The notes below the pieces were generated by a model. The model had not been told where the DNA came from. It ran no database searches and saw nothing but the letters and a program-made list of their open reading frames with translations. From NCBI GenBank assembly GCA_041690135.1, contig JAWLHY010000002.1, positions 848,342-912,341 of the forward strand: a DNA stretch of 64,000 bases, in the 5' to 3' direction. Position 1 is the stretch's first letter. Each line of letters begins with the position of its first letter. Made by a program: the position numbers and the translations under genes. Positions 56,772 to 64,000 of the stretch are shown here, one piece after another. The stretch is from Armatimonadota bacterium. GTDB lineage: Bacteria; Armatimonadota; SYMT01.

Positions 56772-56856
56772 CGGAGAGGGTGGGATTCGAACCCACGGAG
56801 GGTTGCCCCTCACCTGTTTTCAAGACAGGCTCCTTAAACCACTCGGACACCTCTCC
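56772..56856 (-). tRNA. tRNA-Ser(TGA)
   Basis: GGAGAGGTGTCCGAGTGGTTTAAGGAGCCTGTCTTGAAAACAGGTGAGGGGCAACCCTCCGTGGGTTCGAATCCCACCCTCTCCG: cloverleaf, long variable arm, anticodon TGA, no encoded CCA. Confidence 0.97.
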
Positions 56857-56867
56857 CGGGTGCGGGT

Positions 56868-56896
56868 ATTGTATTCTCCGCTCCCCGGCCTGTCAA
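56868..56896 (-). promoter_or_regulatory. Sigma-70 promoter of tRNA-Ser
   Basis: Minus strand TTGACA-N17-TACAAT, 11 nt upstream of the tRNA. Confidence 0.85.
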
Positions 56897-56987
56897 CCGG
56901 GTTCGCCTTCTCACCCACATTCCAGCTTTTCCACGCGCCCGGCCGGCTGCCGGCGGGGCGTGTGACACGGGGCAGATAGGATATGCA

Positions 56988-58256
56988 ATGGCGGAAGTGA
57001 AGGGATTTGCCGGGGTCCGATACCGGCTGGACCGGCCCGAGGCGGCCGAGGCGGTGATCGCGCCGCCGTACGACGTGGTTTCTCCGGAAGACCGGGAAGG
57101 CCTGCTGCAGCGGAGCGAGCACAATGTGATCCGGCTGGAGCTGCCGGTGGATCAGTCCGGGGACAACGAGCAGGAGAACCGCTACACCCGCGCCGCGGCG
57201 CTGTACCGGGAGTGGCTCGCTTCCGGCGTGTTGCAGCAGGACGGCGAGCCGTGTCTTTACGTCTATGGCCAGCGCTACGAGGTCTCCGGACGGGAGCAGG
57301 AACGGTTGGGTCTCCTGGCGGCGCTGAAGATCGAGCCGTACGAGGCGGGAGTGGTGCTGCCGCACGAGCAGACGTTCCCGAAGCATAAGGAAGACCGTTT
57401 CCGGCTGCTCTCCACGGCGGAAGCGCAGTTCAGCCCGATCTTCGGCCTCTACTCCGCGCCCGAAGCGGAAGTGCGCGAGGGCCTGGTGCGGGTCACGGAA
57501 GGGGAGCCCGCCGCCGCGGCTCGGGATCGCGATGGCGTGCTGCACCGCCTCTGGCCCGTCTCCGATCCGGAGTTCGCGGAGTGGCTCACTGGCGTGTTCG
57601 CGGGCAAGCAGGTCTTTATCGCCGACGGGCATCACCGCTACGAGACCTCCTTGCGCTACCGCGACCATCGTCGAGCGCAGACCCCGGACGCGCCGCTCTC
57701 CGCGTTCGACTATGTGATGACCTTCCTGGTGGAGATGGATGACCCCGGACTGGTTCTCCTGCCGACGCACCGGATGGTCCGCCAGGGGCTCCCGGCCGCG
57801 GCGGAGCTGCGGAGCCGGCTGGAAGAGGCGTTTACGGTGGAAGAGGTCTCGCTGGACGACGCCGATCAGCTTGCCCACCACCAGGTGGGGCTGGTCCTGC
57901 CGGAGACGGGGCAGGCCGGGCGGGCCTGGCGTCTCACCCTGAAGGACCCGGCCCTGCTGGCGCAGGTCGGCGAGGGGCAGAGCGCGGCCTGGCGGGACCT
58001 CGACGTGGTGCTGCTGCACCACTTGGTCTTCGACCGGCTGCTGGGGCTGGACGAAGAGGATAACATCGTCTACACGCGGGACCCGGCGGAGGCCCGCAGT
58101 GGGGCGGTTTCCGGCCAGTTCAGTGCCTCCTTCCTGCTTCCGTACCCCCGCGTGGAGGAGCTGAAGCTGGTGGCCGGGGCCGGCGACAAGATGCCCCACA
58201 AGAGCACCTACTTCTGGCCCAAGGCGGTAACGGGCCTGGTGATCTATCCCGAATAA
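56988..58256 (+). CDS. DUF1015 family protein
   Basis: APPYDVVS, PHEQT, FIADGHHRYET, LPTHR, MPHKSTYFWPK. Confidence 0.92.
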   Translation: MAEVKGFAGVRYRLDRPEAAEAVIAPPYDVVSPEDREGLLQRSEHNVIRLELPVDQSGDNEQENRYTRAAALYREWLASGVLQQDGEPCLYVYGQRYEVSGREQERLGLLAALKIEPYEAGVVLPHEQTFPKHKEDRFRLLSTAEAQFSPIFGLYSAPEAEVREGLVRVTEGEPAAAARDRDGVLHRLWPVSDPEFAEWLTGVFAGKQVFIADGHHRYETSLRYRDHRRAQTPDAPLSAFDYVMTFLVEMDDPGLVLLPTHRMVRQGLPAAAELRSRLEEAFTVEEVSLDDADQLAHHQVGLVLPETGQAGRAWRLTLKDPALLAQVGEGQSAAWRDLDVVLLHHLVFDRLLGLDEEDNIVYTRDPAEARSGAVSGQFSASFLLPYPRVEELKLVAGAGDKMPHKSTYFWPKAVTGLVIYPE

Positions 58257-58258
58257 CG

Positions 58259-58639
58259 ATGCCTCTCTTCGAATACCGCTGCGAAGACTGCAAGCGCAAG
58301 TTCACGCTGTTGGTGGGGATGACCGCGGAGGGGGCGAGCCAGGCTTGCCCCCGCTGCGGCAGCGCGCGGATCCGGAAGCTCATTTCCCGGTTCACCGTGG
58401 CGCGCTCCGAAGACGACGTCCTCGATAGCCTCTCCGACCCGATGAACATCGGCGACCCGGACGATCCGAAGGCCATGGCGGATTGGATGAAGCGGGTCAG
58501 CCGGGAAATGGGCGAGGACCTCGGCGACGATTTCGATCAACTGGTCGAAGAAGCCGCCGCCGAGGAAGCCGGCGGTGGTGGGGACGACGCGGGAGATTCC
58601 GGAAGCGGTGACGCCGGAGGTGGGCTGGGGGACCTCTAA
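58259..58639 (+). CDS. FmdB-family zinc-ribbon protein
   Basis: MPLFEYRCEDC...CPRCGS....KLIS. Confidence 0.9.
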   Translation: MPLFEYRCEDCKRKFTLLVGMTAEGASQACPRCGSARIRKLISRFTVARSEDDVLDSLSDPMNIGDPDDPKAMADWMKRVSREMGEDLGDDFDQLVEEAAAEEAGGGGDDAGDSGSGDAGGGLGDL

Positions 58640-58668
58640 CCCATCAGAATGTACTCGTCAGCAAAGCG

Positions 58669-60180
58669 TCAGGCGCTGAGGGCGGCGCGGGTGCGTTGGA
58701 CCAGTGGGTTGTCGCGCTCGCGGCTGCCCCGGAGGTTATACATACCGGCGGCGAGGAATTGATTCCGCCATTCGGGGGAGACGTGCTGGAAGTCTTCCAG
58801 CAGGGCGGAACTGAATTTGTAGTCGTGGGAGTTGGTCCCCTTGAGGAAAATGAGGCGCCGCGCCGCGGTCAGCAGCGCTTCCGGGGATCCGCCCTGCTGG
58901 AGGTATGCGAGGGTCTTCCGCGTGGCCTCCTGACGGCTGCCGGAAATCTCGGCGAAGATTGCCTCCAGGGCTTCCGGACCGGACGTTTTCAGCTCGGCCG
59001 GCTCCAGGCGATCCACCCGCGGGCCGCCGTCGCCCTTCAGGTTCATGGACTCGCGGAACATCGCCATGAAGGCCGCGGCCTGGAGCAGCAGCAGGAGACG
59101 CGTCTCGGTGTTCCCGCTCGTCTCCGCCGCGTATCGCAGGGCGTTGGCCGACGTGACGCAGTGGATGCCCAGGATGCCGGGGCGCCGCATCAGCAGCTCT
59201 CCGGCTCCAGTGAAGACACCGTCCCAGAGAGAACGTGCGGCGACCCCGCGGTTCAAGAGTGCGGTCACCTCTGCGCACACGGCGTCGGGTGAGCCGGCGC
59301 GGACTGCCGCCAGCAGGTCGGAGGTTGCGGTGGAGTCCGTCTTCCCGGCGATCCAGTCGGGTTGTACCTTCTTCACGCGCTCCAGGTTTCCACGCCAGGG
59401 GCGGTCCGCGGGTTCGTCGGCCTCGGCGGGGTTTACGGAGCCCCGCTGCAGGAGCGCCAGGGTGAGCGAGCGGAGGACCGGCTCGGCATGCTGCCAGCCA
59501 ATGACCTGCAGCGTGCGCCAGGCATTGGCCACGTAGATCGCCTTATGGCCGATGTCGCGGAAGTCGCGCGCCCCGTACCTCCAGAAGAGCTCGAAGATCT
59601 CGGAGGCGCCGGCCGTGCGGGCCAGTTGCGCCACGGCGAGATCGGCGCCCGGCTCATCCCAGCGCTCCATCGCCGCGACGAACCGGGCGCGGGCCTGGGT
59701 GGGTGCGGGAAGGAGGGCTTCCTTCACGGCCGGCAGCGTCCAGTCGCCTTCGCTGACGTCCTGCGCCTGCGATGACTTGAAATAGTCGAGCGCCCAGAAG
59801 ATCGGCAGCCAGCGATCCGAGTCAGGGGAGGCCATGCTGGCCTGGTGCGCCGAGTGGACCACCAGCACGGTGTGGAACTTGAAACCGACCGGTTGGGGCT
59901 TGACGTTCCGCACACCCGCGAGCAGGAGTGCGCCCAGAACCTCCTGGTAGCTGGTTCCGCCGTGGATCCGCGCGGCCACCTTCTCCAGCAGCTCGGCGCG
60001 CGGGGTCGTCTCGAGGAGCCGGACGAGCGGTTCGATCTCCGGACGGAACTGCACGTGCTCCGGACGGACGCGGACCTCGTTCGCGCGCACCGGCCGAAGG
60101 GTTTGCAGGAACCCCAGGTCACCTACCGCGGCGGCGGTACCGAGCCCGGCGGCATTCAGGAGCAACTCGCGTCGTTTCAT
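58669..60180 (-). CDS. Tat-exported helical hypothetical protein with repeated His motifs
   Basis: MKRRELL twin-arginine signal; FHTV, GHKAI, IHCVTS, HDYKF. Confidence 0.8.
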   Translation of the reverse strand: MKRRELLLNAAGLGTAAAVGDLGFLQTLRPVRANEVRVRPEHVQFRPEIEPLVRLLETTPRAELLEKVAARIHGGTSYQEVLGALLLAGVRNVKPQPVGFKFHTVLVVHSAHQASMASPDSDRWLPIFWALDYFKSSQAQDVSEGDWTLPAVKEALLPAPTQARARFVAAMERWDEPGADLAVAQLARTAGASEIFELFWRYGARDFRDIGHKAIYVANAWRTLQVIGWQHAEPVLRSLTLALLQRGSVNPAEADEPADRPWRGNLERVKKVQPDWIAGKTDSTATSDLLAAVRAGSPDAVCAEVTALLNRGVAARSLWDGVFTGAGELLMRRPGILGIHCVTSANALRYAAETSGNTETRLLLLLQAAAFMAMFRESMNLKGDGGPRVDRLEPAELKTSGPEALEAIFAEISGSRQEATRKTLAYLQQGGSPEALLTAARRLIFLKGTNSHDYKFSSALLEDFQHVSPEWRNQFLAAGMYNLRGSRERDNPLVQRTRAALSA

Positions 60181-60401
60181 GGTGTGGCCCTCCGTTTACT
60201 TCTTCTCCGCCTGGGGTCGGGGTTCCTATGCAGTGGGACCCGCAGGTGCTCTTGTGCGCGCGTTCCTCGCAGCGGGTTTGCGGCGCGTGTCAAGAACATG
60301 CCCCACGGCTACCGCGCACAGGAAGAGGTGGTACGCCGCTCCGTGCGGAAGGTACTCCCAATGCACCGCGCCACCGGCGCCTGTTTTCTCAGATACGGAC
60401 C

Positions 60402-61151
60402 ATGAAACTCAAGCTTTGCGCATTTCTTACGGCGGTTGCCGCCGCGGCCGCCGTTTCCGGCGTCCACTCCGCCCAGGCCCAGGCGCCCCAGGGCTTTGTC
60501 TCGCTGTTCAACGGTAAGGATCTTGCGGGCTGGAAGGTGCCCGCCGGCGATAACGGTCACTGGAAAGTGATCGACGGCGTCATCGACTGCGACGCGCGCA
60601 GCGAAGCCTCGGGCGACAAAAGCCTGTGGTCGGACAAAGAGTACGGCGACTTCGTGCTCAAGTTGGACTGGCGGCTCAAAGAGACGCCGTTCCTCAACCC
60701 GCGCGTCCCCATCATCCTGGCGGATGGCACCCACAAGAAGGACGCCACGGGCAAGGAGATGACGATCACCGTCCCGGACGCCGACTCGGGTGTCTATCTA
60801 CGCGGCCAACCCAAGGCCCAGGTGAACATCTGGAACTGGCCGTGCGGGTCGGGCGAGGTCTACGGCTACCGGATGGACAAGAGCATGTCCCCCGAAGTGC
60901 GCAAGGGCGTGACCCCCCGGGTGAATGCCGACCGGAACATCGGGGAGTGGAACAACTTCGAGATCACGCTCAAGGGGGAACGTCTTAGCGTCCTGCTCAA
61001 TGGGCAGAAGGTCCTCGATCAGGCCGCGCTTCCCGGGCTTCCCGCCCGCGGTCCGATCGCCCTGCAGCATCACGGCAGCCTGAAAGACGGCAAGTGGACC
61101 AGCGCTCCTTCGCTGGTGCAGTTCCGGAACATCTCCATCAAGGAACTCTAA
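60402..61151 (+). CDS. DUF1080 (3-keto-disaccharide hydrolase-like) exported protein
   Basis: Signal peptide; LFNGKDLAGW, DSGVYLRG, GEWN.FEI, IALQHHG, FRNISIKEL. Confidence 0.93.
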   Translation: MKLKLCAFLTAVAAAAAVSGVHSAQAQAPQGFVSLFNGKDLAGWKVPAGDNGHWKVIDGVIDCDARSEASGDKSLWSDKEYGDFVLKLDWRLKETPFLNPRVPIILADGTHKKDATGKEMTITVPDADSGVYLRGQPKAQVNIWNWPCGSGEVYGYRMDKSMSPEVRKGVTPRVNADRNIGEWNNFEITLKGERLSVLLNGQKVLDQAALPGLPARGPIALQHHGSLKDGKWTSAPSLVQFRNISIKEL

Positions 61152-61167
61152 CGATCTTCGCGGCGCC

Positions 61168-61896
61168 TCACTGGAGCGCCAGTGAGGCGCCGAGGATCAC
61201 CAGCAGGCAACCGACGGCCCGACGGAATAGGGCTTCTGGTAGATGACGCTGGAGCCGCTCTCCGCACCAGGAGCCCAGCAGCGATACCGGATAGAGCCCA
61301 AGGCCCGCCAGGCAAAGCGAGGGTGTGAGAGCTCCGCTCGTTGCCAGCCCGAGCGTCCGCAGTAGGTCCACGGAAGTGAGGAAGAGGAGGAGCGTGGCCC
61401 GGAAGGAGACGGCCTCCAGTTGGCGGGTGGCGAGGTAGAGGACGACGGGCGGACCGGAAGCGCCGAAGAGTCCGCCGAGGATCCCGCTGGTCAGTCCCGC
61501 TGTCAGTCCCGCGGCGTCCGACCCCTGGCGCTCGCCTTCCGACGGGCGCCGGCTCGCGAGCCAGAGCCCCACACCAATCACGGCAAGTCCCAGAATTCGC
61601 CGCAGCAATCCGTCGGAGCCGAAGTGGAAGAGGGCCAGGCCGGCGAGAGTGGCCGGCAGTCCGCCCACCAGGAGCAGCCGGTATTCGCGGAGAGCTACCC
61701 ACTTCCGGGCGCGCCAGGTCAGCCACACGCCGTTGACGATGGATAGTACCGCGATGAGCGGCACCGCGACTTTAACCGGCATCCAGGCGGCAAGAATCGG
61801 CAGCGTCACGAGCACGGCCCCGAAACCGGTGAGACCGCGGATGGCAAAGCCCGCGAAGACAGCCAGGTTGGCGATGATTAGGCCTTCCGGGGGCAT
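61168..61896 (-). CDS. Sulfite exporter TauE/SafE family membrane protein
   Basis: GLTGFGA and GGLFGASGPP repeats; ~8 TM. Confidence 0.88.
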   Translation of the reverse strand: MPPEGLIIANLAVFAGFAIRGLTGFGAVLVTLPILAAWMPVKVAVPLIAVLSIVNGVWLTWRARKWVALREYRLLLVGGLPATLAGLALFHFGSDGLLRRILGLAVIGVGLWLASRRPSEGERQGSDAAGLTAGLTSGILGGLFGASGPPVVLYLATRQLEAVSFRATLLLFLTSVDLLRTLGLATSGALTPSLCLAGLGLYPVSLLGSWCGERLQRHLPEALFRRAVGCLLVILGASLALQ

Positions 61897-61899
61897 GGA

Positions 61900-62889
61900 T
61901 CAAACCTGCAGCTTTGCCAGATGGTGCGCGCAGATCCGCGCCACCCGGTCCGATAACGGCCCATAGAAACCCCGGCGCGCCAGTTCGGCGTAACATGCGA
62001 GGAATGCTCCGCCCTCTGGGGCTGTCCGTGCGGACACCACCCCGTCGCGAGCGCGGACGGTTTCCACGCAGACTTCACAGTTGAAGGCCGTCATCGGGAG
62101 CACCTCCGGCTCCTCCAGCGCATCCAGGTCGTTCCGTCCATTTCCGGCGTGGGTCAGGCGGACCTCCGCCCGTGGGAACATCAGCCGCGCCAGCCGGGGC
62201 ACGCTCCACTTCCCCACGGCGCGGCCCTCGATCAACGGCAGCACATCCACCGCCCCGTCCGGATGCGGTTCCGAAATCTCCAGCGCCAGTTGATGCCGCT
62301 CCACCAGGGTGCGAAGGTATGCGGTGAGCTCCCAGCGGTCCGTCCCCCGGTCAAAGGACCACCGGTGGGCCACCGGCTCCGGTTCCGGAAAAAAGCTCAC
62401 CACGATGTCGCCCAACTCGTCGCGCTTGTCCTCCAGGGCCACCTGGACCCGGCGACCTTTCAATTCCAGGGTCACCACGTCTCGCGCGTTGGAACCGACA
62501 CCGACGAGCCGGCGGATCGCCGCCAGGTCGGGGCACGGCGGCACGAACCTTTCGGTGGGACTGCCGACCTCTCGCCAAGCCGCCCCATTACCCGAGATGA
62601 CGAAGCGCCCTCCGAACCGCCGCGCCTCGGCCTCCAGATACTCCGGTGCCTTTCCACTATTCAACACGATCTGGATCTGGTGGCGCGTCCCGTCCGCGTG
62701 CAGCGAGAGGCCCTGCAGTTCCCGGAGGGCCGTCAGTTGCGCTGGACCGATCGCCCGGTTCGGCGGCGACAACCACCCATCCAGGTCTTCGGAATGAAAA
62801 TAGACGACTTCAGTGTCAGTGGAAGTAGGGAGTTCGGGTGTCTTCAAGGGAATAGGTGCTCGGACGCGTGGCGTGACGAACTCGGACAC
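61900..62889 (-). CDS. HAD-superfamily (subfamily IIB-like) hydrolase
   Basis: DLDGWL, LNSGK, VGK, AGNGRNDL motifs; start uncertain. Confidence 0.65.
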   Translation of the reverse strand: MSEFVTPRVRAPIPLKTPELPTSTDTEVVYFHSEDLDGWLSPPNRAIGPAQLTALRELQGLSLHADGTRHQIQIVLNSGKAPEYLEAEARRFGGRFVISGNGAAWREVGSPTERFVPPCPDLAAIRRLVGVGSNARDVVTLELKGRRVQVALEDKRDELGDIVVSFFPEPEPVAHRWSFDRGTDRWELTAYLRTLVERHQLALEISEPHPDGAVDVLPLIEGRAVGKWSVPRLARLMFPRAEVRLTHAGNGRNDLDALEEPEVLPMTAFNCEVCVETVRARDGVVSARTAPEGGAFLACYAELARRGFYGPLSDRVARICAHHLAKLQV

Positions 62890-62947
62890 ACGGGGGGACC
62901 CCGTTAGCGTATACTCCAGAAGAGAAGTAAGGTTAGTATAATCCCCT

Positions 62948-63865
62948 ATGCTTAAGGTTTTGAGGACGGTAGCGGTACTCGGGCTCGCCACTTCTGCCGC
63001 CGGATGGGTGGCCGGTTGTTCCGGCGGTGGTGGGAAGGGAACTCCGGTAGCCACTTCCGGTGGGGCCGCGAAGTCGCTGTCGGTCGCTCCGCCCGCGGGT
63101 GAGGCCGGCACGAACGGCCCGGCTGCTGCCGGGATGGGAGACGGCAACCCGCTCGCGGTTTCGGAGCGGGACGCTGCGGTTCCGGAGAATGGGGCGCCAC
63201 CGTCCGTCAAGGACGGAGGCGCAGCGGCGAACGCAGCAGCTCCGGCGGAGAAAACCGGGCTTGCTCCCGAGGATGACGGGCGGAAATCGCCGCCGACCGC
63301 GCCGGCCGCGGCTATCCGGGTGGCAAAGGCGACCCCGGCCACCACGGACAAGAAGCCCGGGTCACCCCGGAAGAAGCCTGCTGCCACCTCTGCGACTGTC
63401 AAACCCGCGGTCTGGAAGTTGCCCCCGAACGCGCCCCCCAGCATTTATGTCTCGGCCCAGATGCCGGAGTATGTCAGCGCCGAGGGACGCCTTGCGCGGT
63501 TCATCACCGCCATGCAGACGGGGCACCGCAAGAAGGCCAGCGAGCTGTTTTCCAGCCGGGTGACGGAAGAAGAACGACAGGCGTTTATCGAAAAGAAGTG
63601 GCTCCGGTACGACCCGGTACACAAGGAAGATTTTCATCAGGTCCTCTACTTTAAGGACCTGCAGATTCGCACCCACGCGATCTACGAGGACCTGATCCGG
63701 GTCTATGTGGGTTCGCGACGCGTGCCCTTCCGTATTCTGGCGACGGAAAAGGGGATCATCCGGTTCGGCAAAAAGACCGACCCCCCCGTCGGGTGGATGT
63801 CGATCCCGATGCGCAAGGAAGATGGGAAGTGGTGGGTGGAACTCCACCCTCCGTCCGCGGAGTAG
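62948..63865 (+). CDS. Hypothetical lipoprotein
   Basis: Lipobox VAGC; low-complexity linker; C-terminal NTF2-like ending MRKEDGKWWV. Confidence 0.75.
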   Translation: MLKVLRTVAVLGLATSAAGWVAGCSGGGGKGTPVATSGGAAKSLSVAPPAGEAGTNGPAAAGMGDGNPLAVSERDAAVPENGAPPSVKDGGAAANAAAPAEKTGLAPEDDGRKSPPTAPAAAIRVAKATPATTDKKPGSPRKKPAATSATVKPAVWKLPPNAPPSIYVSAQMPEYVSAEGRLARFITAMQTGHRKKASELFSSRVTEEERQAFIEKKWLRYDPVHKEDFHQVLYFKDLQIRTHAIYEDLIRVYVGSRRVPFRILATEKGIIRFGKKTDPPVGWMSIPMRKEDGKWWVELHPPSAE

Positions 63866-63951
63866 TTCGGGCATCAACCTCCGGGCGGCCATCGAAACGG
63901 CCATGTGGACGGCTATGGAAATGAGCCCGGACGTCCAAAGGTGAGCGAGTC

Positions 63952-64000
63952 ATGCCGAAGGCCAAGATCGTCGTCGTCGGTTCCACCAACCTGGATATGG
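63952..64000 (+). CDS. rbsK: Ribokinase, N-terminus (runs off the window)
   Basis: MPKAKIVVVGSTNLDM matches the PfkB/ribokinase N-terminal motif. Confidence 0.7.
   Translation, partial: MPKAKIVVVGSTNLDM

Larger units (their letters stand above)
33672..56825. mobile_element. ~23.1-kb integrative element (satellite/IME-like genomic island) in tRNA-Ser(TGA)
   Basis: 55-bp direct repeats, integrase beside the intact tRNA, xis, rep/helicase/primase module, lower-GC defence cargo. Confidence 0.95.

Noticed and set aside
33672-56825. Complete prophage or self-transmissible ICE
   Set aside because: No terminase, portal, capsid, tail, relaxase, VirB4 or coupling protein motifs recognised
62890-63444. 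N-terminal part of the 514-aa minus-strand ORF
   Set aside because: Antisense to the lipoprotein gene; HAD motifs begin only below ~62800

Overview
GC-rich bacterial chromosome window; the gene repertoire suggests Armatimonadota or a similar lineage, which is an inference. The core regions (1-33.6 kb and 56.9-64 kb) carry an acyl-CoA ligase, four paralogous exported proteins in A-B-A-B order, a PAS-GGDEF protein with a degenerate HD-GYP domain, an ECF sigma/anti-sigma pair, NHL and VWA proteins, a divergent MNT/HEPN-like pair, lnt, nadB, an amidase, ltaE, a trypsin-WD40 protein, DUF1015, DUF1080, TauE and the start of a ribokinase. The dominant feature is a ~23.1-kb element integrated in tRNA-Ser(TGA). 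It is bounded by a perfect 55-bp direct repeat (33672-33726 / 56771-56825) and has matching arm-type sites. It encodes a tyrosine integrase, an excisionase, a Rep-like protein with 22-bp iterons, a DnaB-like helicase and a Toprim primase. Its cargo is a Vsr-Dcm-X-McrB-McrC defence operon (X and McrB lie in one frame, separated by a single TAG), a secreted thermonuclease, a SWIM-finger gene behind an Frpo-like single-strand promoter hairpin, and an ejection-protein-like ORF. I recognised no capsid, terminase, relaxase or T4SS gene.
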